A stretch of 64,000 bases of DNA from Octopus vulgaris. Taxonomy: Eukaryota. Position numbers and translations under genes: made by a program. The stretch lies in assembly GCA_951406725.2 (NCBI GenBank), contig OX597826.1, forward strand, positions 79,298,001 to 79,362,000, in the 5' to 3' direction. This document shows positions 11,686-24,290 of the stretch, one piece after another. The notes beneath the pieces are model-generated. The model made no database searches. It saw nothing but the letters and a program-made list of their open reading frames with translations, and was not told where the DNA came from. Position 1 is the first letter of the stretch. Every line of letters begins with the position of its first letter.

Positions 11686-13196
11686 GTAAAGTCACCTTCC
11701 CCTCTCTCAGACACCCCACCTCTCAACTGAGAAGATCCTTTCTTCTCTTCTCTTACAATTTATTTGGTGATCTCTCCAGTACTGGTGATATTAAAAAAAA
11801 AAAACGGCCCCAAAAAACACTCAGGACTCACCATAAAGTGGTTGGCATTGGGAAGGACATCCAGCCAAAGGGACCCATGCCAAAGTAGACACTGGAGCTC
11901 AACACAGACCTGTGGTTTGCTGGATCCTGTCAAACTGACCAACCCATACTAGCATTGAAAACAGGTGTTAAATGCTGACGACGATGACGATGACGGTAAA
12001 CCTGGAAACAAATGGAAATATTATCTGTGCAGCTGTGCTACCACCAAATTAGTTCAAACATATAACAAGGCTATTGTTAATGTTGTTCCTGTTGCTATTT
12101 ATGTCATTTCTCCCGTTTTTATCAGTAATAGTATTGTTGTTGTTGTTATTGTTTTTTCACTGACACCAACGTTGTTAATGTTGTTAACAAGCATATTTGT
12201 TTTGTTGCAGATATGTTTCTTGTTAAATAGACCTGTCCCTTCTTGAGATAACCATACTCAAACTGACGACGTATCACACAGAGGTGGTAAATGCGGAACA
12301 TTTGGAGAGGACCCACTCTGTCTAGACTGGGGAATCTGTGATGATTCAGTGCTTACAGGACCCCTGTTATTTGTTTGGCACAGTGCTGCCATCTAATGTT
12401 ATGTGAATAAGTGTCGAGAACATGCAAGTGTGGCTGTGTGGTAAGAAGTTAGCTTTCAGACCACGTGGTTCTGGGTTCAGTTCCACTGCATAACACCTCG
12501 GGCAAGTGTCTTCTACTACAGCCCCAGGCTAACCAAAGCCTTGTGAGTGGATTTGGTCAACCGAAACTGAAAGAAGCTTGTCATTTGGGGACAAGCTCTG
12601 GTGTTGGTGCCATGTAAAAAGCATCCAGTACACTCAGTAATGTGGTTGGCATTAGGAAGGGCATCCAGCTGTAGAAACCACACCAGAACAGGTAATAGAG
12701 CCTGGTGTGGCCCCTGGCCTTGCTAGCACCTGTCAAACCATCCAACCCATGTCAGTGTAGACAATGCATGTTAAATGATGATGATGATGATGATGGTGCA
12801 TGTGTGTTCGTGTCTCCTTGACTTGACACTGTAGGGTAGTTGTAAAGGAGCCTCACCCTCATGCAAGCAGTGTCCTTTCTTTCTGATCTTCTGTAAAAAC
12901 ATGTCTGGTTATGGGGAAATATCACCTGACTTGGAAACAGGCAAGAGTTGGTGACAGGAAGGGCATGCAGCCACAGAAAATCCACCTCGACAAATTCTGC
13001 CTGATCCATGTCAGCATTGAAAGGTGGACGTTAAAACGATGAAGATGACGATGAACACATTGTATGAGGTACTGTTTGGTAGTGTGGAGATGTGGGAAAT
13101 ACCCATTTGGCTTTGTTAAGAAACAGATTCATGTAAATGCTCAATTGTCTTAATTACACAGTTTCAACCTGGAGAGATGTGACACTTTCTTTAGTA

Positions 13197-13877
13197 TTAC
13201 CTTTGCCTTAACGAAGGCATTGTTTTCAATCATGTTTGTCCGTGGACAAGATATCTCAAGAACTGCAGGATGGATTCGGATGAAACTTTCTGGGATGTTT
13301 GGCCTCATGACTGGCACGAACTGATTAGGTTTGGGGATTGATCCAGTACCGGACAACGATTCTTGGATTATTTTTCCTGTCCTTTTTTTAGTTAATTTTT
13401 GAAAGCAGTCGGGTTTATTTTTAGTATGTGCTTGAGGAGACCTATTGAGTCAAGTACATCAACATCAAAAAATCAAATGGAAATTGTAGTTGTGATACCT
13501 GTACCAATGACACGTAAAAAGCACCATCTGAATGTGGCCGATGCCAGCGCCGCCTTGACTGGCTTCCGTGCTGGTGGCACGTAAAAAGCACTCACTACAC
13601 TCACAGAGTGGTTGGTGTTAGGAAAGGCATCCAGCTGTAGAAACACTGCCAGATCAGACTGGAGCCTGGTGCAGCCTCCTGGCTTCCCAGACCCCGGTCA
13701 AACCGTCCAACTCATGCTAGCATGGAAAACGGACGTTAAACGATGATGATGATGATGTTTGTGAGAGCAATCAAGTTTATTTCAGATATTCTCATTTTAA
13801 AAATCATCTCTGGTTAATCGTTGAGAGGATGTTGGTGTTGCCCTGGTGGAGGCTTGCACTCTCTGAGTGCTCTTGTT
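13197..13877 (+). mobile_element. Helentron/DINE-1-like non-autonomous element interrupted by an RTE 3' fragment
   Basis: 5' TTACCTTTGCC, 3' subterminal GGTGGAGGC followed by the hairpin GCACTC-TCT-GAGTGC. RTE tail inserted at 13429-13757. A second copy lies at 43993-44732 (-). Confidence 0.6.
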
Positions 13878-14486
13878 AGCATTGATGTTAAGGTAACAAG
13901 AATCGTTAACACAGCATGCAAAACGCTTAGTGGTGTTCTGTCTGGTTTTATGTTCTGAGTTCAAGTTCTGTCAGAGTTGGCTTTGCTGTTTATCCATTTG
14001 GGGTCAATAAAATAGGTGCCAGTCAAATACTGGGGTTGATGTAATCAACTTCCCCTTCCCCTTCCCTCGAACAACTGCTGGCCCTGTGCCAAAATTTGAA
14101 ACCCTTATTAGTCTTGATGTTATTTAATCTGATGGCAGCACTGTCAAGTAGATTCATAATCAAAGGCATTCCAGCCAGGATCATCCCCTCTTAATTTTTT
14201 TCTTTTCTGCGCAATGTATGTAGGATTGAGGAAGATTTGGCTGCTATTTCAAGTGACCACTTATTGATTCTCTCGTTGTTTTCTACTTATGCTGTTGTTA
14301 TTGTTGATGTTGTTGTTTTTCTTTGTTCTGAGTCTGAATTTTGTTTGGTTTGTGGCAGAGTTTGTTTCTGAAACAAGAGGAAGGAAAGACGACACCTTGT
14401 TAGATTTCAAACACGTCAAACGGATCAGCTTTCTTTTCCCTAATGCTTCGTTAATTTTCTTTTTTTTCCTTCTTGAATTGCAGTAT

Positions 14487-15260
14487 GCCACCACCACCAC
14501 CACCACCATCATCACAACCACCATTGCCACTACCACCACCACTGCCATCGCCACAGCCAACACCACCACCACTGCTGCCACCACTACCACCACCACCATT
14601 GCCATCACCATAACCACCACTATCACCACCGCCCCACCACCATTGCCACTACCACCATCACTGCCACCACCAACACCACCACAACCACCACCGCCACCAC
14701 CACAACTACCAACACCATCACCACCACCATCATTGCCACCACCACCACCACCACCACCATCACCACCACCATCACTACTACCACCACCAATAGCACCAAC
14801 ACCATTGCCACTACCACCACCACCACCACCACACACACCACCACCAATACCAATAGCACCAACACCATTGCCACTACCACCACCACCACCACCACAACCA
14901 CCATCACCACCACCATCACAACCACCATTGCCACTACCACCACCACCATCGCCATCACCATAACCACCACGCTTACCCCCCAACCACCACTATCACCGCC
15001 GCCCCACCACCATTGCTACTGCCACCATCACTACCAACACCCAAACCACCACCACCACCACCATCGCCACCACCACCACCATCGCCACCACCACCATCGC
15101 CATCACCACCATAACCACCAAACCACCACCACCACCACCACCACCACCACCACCACCACCACCACCACCACCACCACCATCACCACCACCATCATTGCCA
15201 CCACCACTACTGCCACTACCACCATCACTGCTGCTACCACCACCGCAACTATTACATCAC
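14487..15260. repeat. Long degenerate (ACC)n trinucleotide repeat
   Basis: About 770 bp of ACC/ACT/ATC/GCC triplets with internal block duplications. Confidence 0.95.
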
Positions 15261-18194
15261 AATCACCAGCACTACAGTGAACATGCTCATTACCAAGGCA
15301 ACTTCAAACGTCACCCTTGACACCTTCACCATAACCACTACTACCACCATCACTTACACCAACACCAACACCAACAACAGCAAGAACGCCCCTCCCAACA
15401 ACAACAACCCCATCCCCACCATCACCACCCCTGCTGTCACTTTAACTAAAATAGCAACAAGCACACCACCACCACCACCGCCACTCCCTCCACCACAGTA
15501 ATTGCCTCTACAAACACATGCTTTCCCCCATCTCCGCCAGTAACGAAGTGGTCAGTGATAACATGATGTATAAGTGAACAGGATATCTAGGTTCACATCC
15601 TGGTTGTACTTTTAAACCCCATCCCCCTCCCTGTCAATCTTACTTCTTTCTTCTCACGCTCATTCCTTCTATTTTACCCCCTCCTCCTCCTACTCCTTCT
15701 ATCTCTCACTCTTTTCCCTCCTACTCCTTGAGCTTAAAATAGTCATGAGACAAATATCAAAACAATCTCAAAACAATTAAAACAAATTTTTTTTGTTTTT
15801 CAATAATTAAATAATCAATGGCGGTGCCCCAGCATGGCCACAGCTTGTGAGCTGAAACTAAATAAAATTTTTAAAAAATAATGACTTTCAGATTGTGACA
15901 CAGAGCCAGCAATTTTGAGGGAGGAAGTAAGTTGATTGCATCAACCCCAGTGTCCAACTGGTACTCATTTTGTCGACCCTGAAAGGGTGAAAGGTAAAGT
16001 TGACCTTGGCGGAATTTGAACTCAGAACATACAGATGGATAAAAAAAAATGCTGCTAAGCATTTCGACCCAGGGGTGCTAAGGATTCTGTCAGCTTGCCT
16101 TTTTAATTATATAAGACCTTCAAGCATACTTGTGATGCTTTTATCTCATCATCATCATCGTTTAATGTCTGTTTTCCATGCTGGCATGGGTTGGATGGTT
16201 TGACACGGAGTTGGCCAGCCATGAAGCTGTTCAGACTCCAATTGTCTGTTATGGCATGGTTTCTACAGCTGGATGCCATTCCTAACACCAACCACTCAGC
16301 AGAGTGTGCTGGGTTCTCTTAGTGTGCCACTGGCATGGGTGCATTTTATGTGCCGCTGGCTTGGATGCATTCCTTATCTTTCCAAAATCTGCTGCATTTC
16401 ACCTGGAATTTTCGGACCTTCAAAGTCATCTTGGTATATGAGTCAACTCATGGTTTTTGGCCGTAAATTTTGGTCAGAAAAATTTGGTTTTTATGCCATA
16501 AAATTCAGTACTTATTGGTGTTCATTTAACTGCTTATAAAGTGACTCAGAATGTTTCCGATCTGTCTTCTTGATTTTGTTCATGGTGGCCAACAACAGTG
16601 CCACCTGATTGGCAACCATGCCGGTGGCACGTAAAAAGCACCATTTGAGCTTGGTTGATGCCAGTGCTGTCTGACTGGCTCTTGTGCCAGTGGCATGTAA
16701 AAAGCACCATTTGAACATGGTCAATGCCAATGCTGGCTAACTGGTCCCATGTCAGTGAGCGTGGTCGTTGCCAGTGCCGCCTGACTAATTCCTGTGCTGG
16801 TGGCATATAAAAAGCACCACCCAAGTGCAGCTGATGCCAGTACCGCCTGACTGGCCCTCGTGCACCCACTACACTCCTGGAGTGGTTGGTGTTAAGAAGG
16901 GCATCCAGCTGTAGAAACATTGCCAGATTGGATTGGAGCCTGGTACAGCCTTCTGGCTCACCAGCCCTCAATCAAACCGTCCAACCCATGCCAGCATGGA
17001 AAGTGGACGTTAAATGATGACGATGATGATGAGTGGGAAAGCAACTACTCTCTCCTCTCCTCCCACGAACCCCTGTTCATATCCTCCCTTATGCTCACTT
17101 TGTTTCTTGAGATTTTCCTCCAGCATCCCATCATGACTTTCCTGTGTCTCCTCTACAGCAAGACACCTGTGCTCATCCCTTTTTTAGCCTTTCAACTCCT
17201 GGCATACAGCCACCCACTGCCACCTTCCTCTCCCTCTTAGTTGTAGGAGCTGTTTTCTTTTCCATCTTGCAAGTTACATGGCAACATCACGAGTTGATGA
17301 TGCCATGACAAAAAAGCATCTGGCCCACTCTGCAGAGTGGTTGGTATTAGGAAGGGCTTCCAGCCATAGAAACCCTGCCAAAACAGAAACAGTAACCTAG
17401 GGTAGTTTTTTACCTGGCTGGCTCCTGTCAGCTGTCCTACCCATGTATGCATGGGAGACAGACATTAAATGATGAAGATGATGATCCAACCGTAGATATT
17501 GTGCCAAAGGTGACATTGGATCTAGGCACAGTCCCGTAGCTTGCTGGTTCCTTGTCGAAGTGTCCAACCCATGCCAGCAGGGAAAGCAGATGTTAAATGA
17601 TGATGATGATGTCCCTACTGCACTGCCAATGAGATGTACTATATATCTGTGCACCCATAGACATGATGAGGTCTTTTCAACTTCATGTACAGCAGCAATG
17701 TATTCTATATTTTCTCCTTCGGCAGCAGAGAAGTTGCACACCGTACAAGGTCCAAGGGGAAACTTGTTGTACGAGCCCTGCTTTCTTCCCTGTTTGACAC
17801 CTTGGGAAATATAAATACATGGCGTTAGGAAGGGCATCCAGCTGTAGAAACTCTGCCAGATCAAGATTGGAGCCTGGTGCAGCCATCTGGTTCTCCAGTC
17901 CTCAGTCAAAATCGTCCAACCCATGCTAGCATCGAAAGCAGATGTTAAATGATGATGATGATGATGATGATGATGTAGCTTAAGACAAGCTGTCGTTTAT
18001 TTGAGACTGAATTTCAGCATCCAATAGAGCCATAAATAGATGCAGAAATGGCTGAAGTCAAATGATGAAATAAATTCAGATTTAAAACAAACCAAGGAAA
18101 GTTCAAACAATGGGAAACTGAGACAAAAATTGTGTTTGGTCAAAATATCTCCTACTTCACCATTTGCTTTGGGATTATATCAATATGTAGTAGA

Positions 18195-18574
18195 GGCGCA
18201 ATGGCCCAGTGGTTAGGGCAGCAGACTCGTGGTCGTAGGATCACGGTTTCGATTCCCAGACCGGGTATTGTGAGTATTTATTGAGCGAAAGCATCTAAAG
18301 CTCCATGAGGCTCCGGACAGGGGCTGGTGGCAAACCCTGCTGTACTCTTTTCACCACAACATTCTCTCACTCTTTCTTCCTGTTTCTGTTGTACCTGTAT
18401 TTCAAAGGGGCCAGCCTTGTCACACTCTGTGTCATGCAGAATCTCCCCCGGTAACTACGTTAAGGGTACACATGCCTGCGGAGTGCTCTGCCACTTGCAC
18501 ATAAATTTTACAAGCAGGCTGTTCCGTTGATTGGATCAACTGGAACCCTCGTTGTCATAACCGACAGAGTGCCA
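18195..18574 (+). mobile_element. tRNA-derived SINE, family B
   Basis: A box TGGCCCAGTGG, B-box-like GGTTTCGATTCCC, 3' end CAACTGGAACCCTCGT...GAGTGCCA. Related copies at about 38400-38720 (+), 40375-40683 (-) and 63660-63978 (+). Confidence 0.8.
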
Positions 18575-18725
18575 TGATTTCAATATGTACTTGAATAGAT
18601 ATAGTTCTGTAATTGTGTATCCAAACTAATTATTTAAACAGATTAACTTAACACTTTTGATATCGGCCCACTGGAGACACCCATGGTCCTGTGATACAAA
18701 CTTCCACTTTTCAAACGATCTGAAC

Positions 18726-18985
18726 CAGCAGTTTCCAACCATTTTTAACCTATGGACCTCTATGTTACCTACTTTACTTGGGTGGACCTTCTTCATAACT
18801 ATTCAGTGTTTAAGAATAAAAAATTCCATTATATTCTTATAATTAAACATTAGCTGGTGTATAAAAAATGAGTTAAAATTTTTTGGGTGTTGTAGAACTC
18901 TAATCAGTTTATGACATTAACTTTAACAGCAAAATCTTATGTGGACCCCACCAAGGGTTCTGTGGATCCTGGTTGAAACTCACTG
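18726..18985. mobile_element. hAT-type MITE
   Basis: CAGCAGTTTCCAACC ... GGTTGAAACTCACTG termini with an imperfect 8-bp TSD (ATCTGAAC / ATCTCAAT). Confidence 0.7.
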
Positions 18986-19046
18986 ATCTCAATTAAAACC
19001 TTCCATTAAAATTTTGTGCTAATTTATGTCCTGAGCACCAGGTTAA

Positions 19047-19248
19047 CCCATTCATTGCTGTATTTATTTTGAGATGTTCTGTGTTTCTTTCAATTAATTT
19101 TAAATATATCAAAGAATTTAGTAAAATAACTTAGTCATCATTCAGCTAGTGTTAAGAACATAAATTGTGACTAAGGTTTGGTGGAAGATTTTAATTCAAA
19201 ACTTACTCAGAGCCAGAGCCAGTTTCAGCCAGGTTGGTAACGAAAGGG
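19047..19248. mobile_element. piggyBac-like MITE (CCCTTTCGTTAC family)
   Basis: TTAA|CCCATTCATTGC ... GTAACGAAAGGG|TTTA. Same family at 38776-38997 and 49615-49829. Confidence 0.75.
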
Positions 19249-20219
19249 TTTATAATGACAAAGTTACTTAACTAAGTTCTTTATTAATTTTTGAAATTAA
19301 TGGAGCAGAAGCAGAGTATTTTAACTGATATATGGTTCCAAAAGGGTTAATATATATTGAAAATAAGTATGTTTCCAAACTAGTTTGATAATTCTAAAAC
19401 ATAGTTCACTAATTATTCGTACACACTTGTTCACTGACCATCTATAAAAATTAATTAAATAATTATTCCCATTTGCTTACTATCTGTCTAAAATGATTGT
19501 TTAATTATCTATCAAATTTAGTTAATTATGTATGCAAATGAATTAACAATCTACAAACTGGCTCACTAATTAACCAAGCTAATGAATCCACTAACTTGTC
19601 TATCGAAACTAGTTAACAAGCTTTACAATTTAGTTCACTAACCATTTTCCCTGAACTATTTAACTAAGAAGCCAACCCTATCCACTTCTTCTATAAAACC
19701 TAACCTACTAACTAGAACTCTAACCAGCCCTAACCACTCGATTCTAACTCTAACCCTAACCCACTGAGTTTTCTTTAAGTAGTTCTTGTTCCATTTTAAA
19801 ATTCACCACTTTGCATTGGTTGCTAAGATTGCAGCAGGAAGGAGAGGACGAGGGACAGGGGGAAAGGAAGAGGAGGAGGAGAACTTGAGAACAAAGATTA
19901 TGAGAGGGAAGAGGAGGGGAGAGAGAGAGAGAGAGAGAGAGAAAAAAAAGGAAAAGGAAAAGGAGGGAGTGAGAGGTGATAGTGAGGAGGATGTCTCGAG
20001 GAAGAGGAAAGAGTTTGTGTTTGTTTTGTGTGTGTGTGAATGTGTTTGTTGTTGTTGTGTAGTTCTGAAGTAAGTCTGTGTTTGGAATACATGTATATAT
20101 ACGCTTCCTTGGTCCATCATCATTATTATCACCAAAGAAATGCTTGGAGATTTAATGTACCGACTCCTCGGATGGCTACCTGACTATGTAAATAACTTAT
20201 TTACAACATATTTTATCTA

Positions 20220-21180
20220 CTCTCTCTCTCTCTCTCTCCATTCTCTCTCTCTCTCTCTCTTTAGATATTTCCTATGTATGTCTGTTTTAGGAGAGAAGTA
20301 TTGTTTATGTCTCATTCTGTCTCTGTTCTCTCTTTGTCTCTCTTACTTAATTTCTATCAGCCAGTCTCTCTTACTCAATCTCTCTTACTCAATCTCTCTC
20401 TCTACTTTACTCAGTCTCTCTTTCTCTCTCATTCAGTCTGTTCCTACCTTACTTAATCTCTCTTTCTCAGTCAATCTCTCTTATTCTTGGTCTCTCTCTC
20501 TCTCTTTTGCTGAGTTTCTCTCGCTATTTCACTCAATCTCTCTTTGTCTCACACTCAGTCTCTCTCTGCCTTACTCAACCTCTCTTTCTCAGTCAATCTC
20601 TCTTATTATTCTCTGTCTCTCTCTCTTTCTTTCTCTGCTTCATTCACTCTCTCTTTCTCTTACACACAGTCTCTCTTTCTCAGTCACTCTCTCTCTCTCA
20701 TTCTCTGTCTCTCTTTCGCTCCTCCACTGAGTCTCTGTCTTTCCTTTGCTCTCTCTCTCTCTCTCTCTCTGCTTCATTCACTCTCTCTGTCTCTTACACA
20801 CAGTCTCTCTTTCTCAGTCACTCTCTCTCTCTCATTCTCTGTCTCTCTTTTGCTCCTCCACTGAGTCTCTGTCTTTCCTTTGCTCTCTCTCTCTCTCTCT
20901 CTCTCTGCTTCATTCACTCTCTCTTTCTCTTACACACAGTCTCTCTTTCTCAGTCACTCTCTCTCTCTCATTCTCTGTCTCTCTTTCGCTCCTCCGCTGA
21001 GTCTCTGTCTTTCCTTTGCTCTCTCTCTCTCTCTCTGCTTCATTCACTCTCTCTTTCTCTTACACACAGTCTCTCTTTCTCAGTCACTCTCTCTCTCTCA
21101 TTCTCTGTCTCTCTTTCGCTCCTCCACTGAGTCTCTGTCTTTCCTTTACTCTCTCCCTTTCTCTCTCTCTCTCTCTCTCC
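20220..21180. repeat. CT-rich low-complexity tract with a roughly 130-bp higher-order repeat (4 copies)
   Basis: CTGCTTCATTCACTC recurs near 20635, 20769, 20905 and 21035. Confidence 0.9.
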
Positions 21181-21465
21181 ATTATATTTCTCTGACATTC
21201 CAGAGGAAGTCAGACATATATTACTATTGTTCATGTTGTCAAGGTTTTTTTGTTGTTGTTTTTACAGAACCCCAAACTGACAGGCTCACATGTCAACACA
21301 AACATATTCACCAAGCGACAATTGATGTACACATCACATGCAAATGCACACATCAACATCCTTGTGCACATATCATATCACAAACATACAAACAGCATCA
21401 ATGCACCTCACCATATCACACACATGCGCTTACATGTAACACCCAATGTATACATAACACACACA

Positions 21466-21516
<51 letters not shown>

Positions 21517-22808
21517 CCATGCCCGCAAACATCACACTTGCCAAATTGCATATGACGCACCAACATTCATGTATGCACCACATCACAAACTAACACCCAC
21601 TGCACATGCTATGACACAAACATGCATGCACACCAACATCCACATATGCATATGTACGTATTTCGTCTGGCGTTATGTTCTGAGTTCAAATTCCGCCGAG
21701 GTCGACTTTGCCTTTCATCCTTTTGGGGTCGCTAAATTAAGTGCCAGTTACGCACTGGGGTCGATGTAATCGACTTAATCCGTTTGTCTGTCCTTGTTTG
21801 TCCCCTCTGTGTTTAGCCCCTTGTGGGTAGTAAAGAAATATATACATATGTACACAACATCAGATGCACATACACACCTGACATGCATGCGTAGATTACG
21901 CATATATACATCCTGGCACACGTCATATCGCGCACACATACACACAAACATTCATGAACACACTGCGTAACACATGTATATACAATCAGTAGCATTTAAA
22001 CTGGCCACATCTGGCCCAAATATTCTGTTTTATGCTCAAACCAGCCATATCAGGCCTCTCACACTTGTCTTACAATGATCTTCTAAAAATAAGCAATGAC
22101 AGCACTATAATCTTGAGGCTACAAGATAATGTATGATTAATTCTAAATCTCATCATCATCGTCGTCGTCATTGTTTAACGTCCGCTTTCCATGCTGGCAT
22201 GAATTGGACGGTTTGACTGAGGGCAGGCAAGCCAGAAGGCTGCACCAGGCTCCAATCTGATCTGGCACAGTTTCTACAGCTGGACGCCCTTCCTAACGCC
22301 AACCATTCTGAGAGTGGTGAATAAAGGTGAATAAATAAGCATTACATTTGACCCAAGTTGTTTGAATGCTAAAGGATTAAGGTTGATAATCCACATCACT
22401 GCCCTACCAGATAAGCTGGAGAGTTGTGTCTCATTCACGGGTTTTTGGTATGGTTTCTATGGCTGGACGCCTCCCCCACCTAATGTCAGCTACTTTACCT
22501 AGAGCACTGCATGCATTTTATCCTGGCACCTGCACCAGTGAGGTGGCTGCATACTCTGCTAAAGTTTTCCTCATACTTTCGTGCTGTTTCTCTGTTTGTT
22601 CAAGGTAACTTGACTGAGAGGGTGAATAGATGAAAGGGCAATGGCAGAAGACGAACTTGGGGTTAAAGGGTGAGAGGAGCGAGAGTTTGGTTGGGGTGAA
22701 AATGGTAGGAGGAAGTATGGAAGAGTCAGTATTGATAGGGGGTGGGGTTATGGGAGAGAGGTAGTGATGGGAGATATATGTTTAATGATTGATTGAGAGA
22801 GAGGGAGG

Positions 22809-22841
<33 letters not shown>

Positions 22842-22965
22842 ATGGTCAACCTTAGGGATGAGAGAAATGGTTAAGAGAGTGATAGAGGTTGCTAGTGAGT
22901 GACCTGAATGAGGAGGAGTGATGGTTATAAATACAGAAGAGGGAAAGTTGAGTATATTGGATATA

Positions 22966-23196
22966 GGCGATGAGCTGGCAGAAACGTTAGCGCGCCGGGC
23001 GAAATGTTTAGCGGTATTTCGTCTGCCGTTACGTTCTGAGTTCAAATTCCGCCGAGGTCGACTTTGCCTTTCACCCTTTCGGGATCGATAAATAAAGTAC
23101 CAGTTTCGCACTGGGGTCGATGTAATCGACTTAATCCGTCTGTCTGTCCTTGTTTGTCCCCTCTATGTTTAGCCCCTTGTGGGCAGTAAAGAAATA
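22966..23196 (+). mobile_element. tRNA-related SINE, family C
   Basis: GGCGATGAGCTGGCAGAA head, B-box-like GAGTTCAAATTCC, conserved body GTCGACTTTGCCTTTCA.CCTTT.GGG.TCGATAAA. Copies at about 13890-14100, 15880-16100 (-), 21655-21840, 42985-43145 (-), 44755-44940 (-), 53267-53478, 53660-53878 (-) and 54226-54445. Confidence 0.8.
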
Positions 23197-23939
23197 TATA
23201 TATATGTGTACACACACACACACACACACACAGAAGCACACATACACAGACACACACACACAGAGTCCTGGTGAAGATTGTATCACTCAACACAGACTAG
23301 TGTTTGGAGTGTGTAGAATGAGAACCAGACAGATTTAGAGACAAATGGCAGCCTGGGGGGTGGGGGTGGTGTGGGGGTGAAACTGACATGTCACCTTCTG
23401 CTTGACATAGGTTGAGAGAAATCCTAAGTGATATATGTATGTGAAGAAGGTGAAGGAGAGACAGCTGGAGACCCCCCCCCCCCCCTCTAGCGGTAGGTAG
23501 AGGTCAGTTGGAAAGTTTTTATGAGACAACCTGCTGAAAGCTGCAGACCAGTTATGTGCCTGGAGTAAAGTTCCCAACCCAGAGGAAAGGTAACATGGTG
23601 GGGGGGGGGGCGATAATATTGTAAATGGAACTACAAAAACTAAAAGACCGGCCTGGGAAGGTAGGTTTCAAAGCAAAGCTCAATATCATCATCATCATCA
23701 TTGTTTAACGTCCGTTTTTCCATGCTAGCATAGGTTGGATGGATTCACTAAAAGAGATACAACATGAGCTTACTACATATTCTGGCATACAAGATGACAT
23801 AGTATGGTACATGGTGTAAACATGTAGTGTATACGTTCAAACGTTGTCACTAACCTTTCCAAATCCTGCTGCAATTCATTTGGAATTTTTGGTTTTCCAA
23901 AGTCTTGGTGTATAAATCTACCTACCTCTTTTTTTTTGG

Positions 23940-24290
23940 ATGTAAATTTTGGTCTGAAAGATGTGACTTCTGTGCTGGAAAATATGGAATGTATCAAGAG
24001 AAGCTGAAAGCAAGGTGCTTACCGATGTTCTGTAATGAAAGGATCAGAGGTGTAAGGTGATGAAAGTATCAGAGGTCTGGATTGTGAAACGGTGTATCTG
24101 TGTGAATCGAACGTGAGAAACTTGACAGAAAGAAATGTCAACGTCATCTCAGACTCACCAACGACGTAATGGACAACTTCCCTTGTCATCTGTGTTCAAG
24201 GACCGGACTGTTTATACATCTGTCAACTCACAAAATGTAGGGTAAGATTCCTAGAGAGCGATGTTGTCGTCAACATTGACGGATGACTAT
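23940..24290 (+). mobile_element. Decayed RTE LINE 3' end with a zinc-finger remnant
   Basis: 24178-24240 translates FPCHLCSRTGLFIHLSTHKM*, followed by a short 3' UTR similar in style to 8205-8240 (-). Confidence 0.55.

Larger units (their letters stand above)
18652..19346. mobile_element. Old piggyBac-like MITE containing two nested MITEs
   Basis: TTAA|CACTTTTGATATC ... GGTTCCAAAAGGG|TTAA. Confidence 0.65.

Noticed and set aside
12211-12287. AG...GT-bounded candidate upstream MTMR2 exon
   Set aside because: No similarity to myotubularin N-termini and stops in the plausible frames; cannot be supported without RNA data.
14261-14983. Pro/Thr-rich (extensin- or formin-like) and Gly/Val-rich ORFs
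   Set aside because: Translation of an (ACC)n microsatellite that lacks stops by composition; no flanking domain or splice support.
18195-18270. Functional tRNA gene (also 34602-34670 and 40014-40085)
   Set aside because: A/B boxes are present but there is no proper cloverleaf, and each continues into a multi-copy SINE body.
19680-19765. Interstitial telomeric repeat
   Set aside because: Only a couple of CCCTAA units within degenerate TAAC-rich sequence; more likely TE-derived low complexity.
20188-21593. Ser/Leu-rich ORFs
   Set aside because: CT-repeat low complexity.
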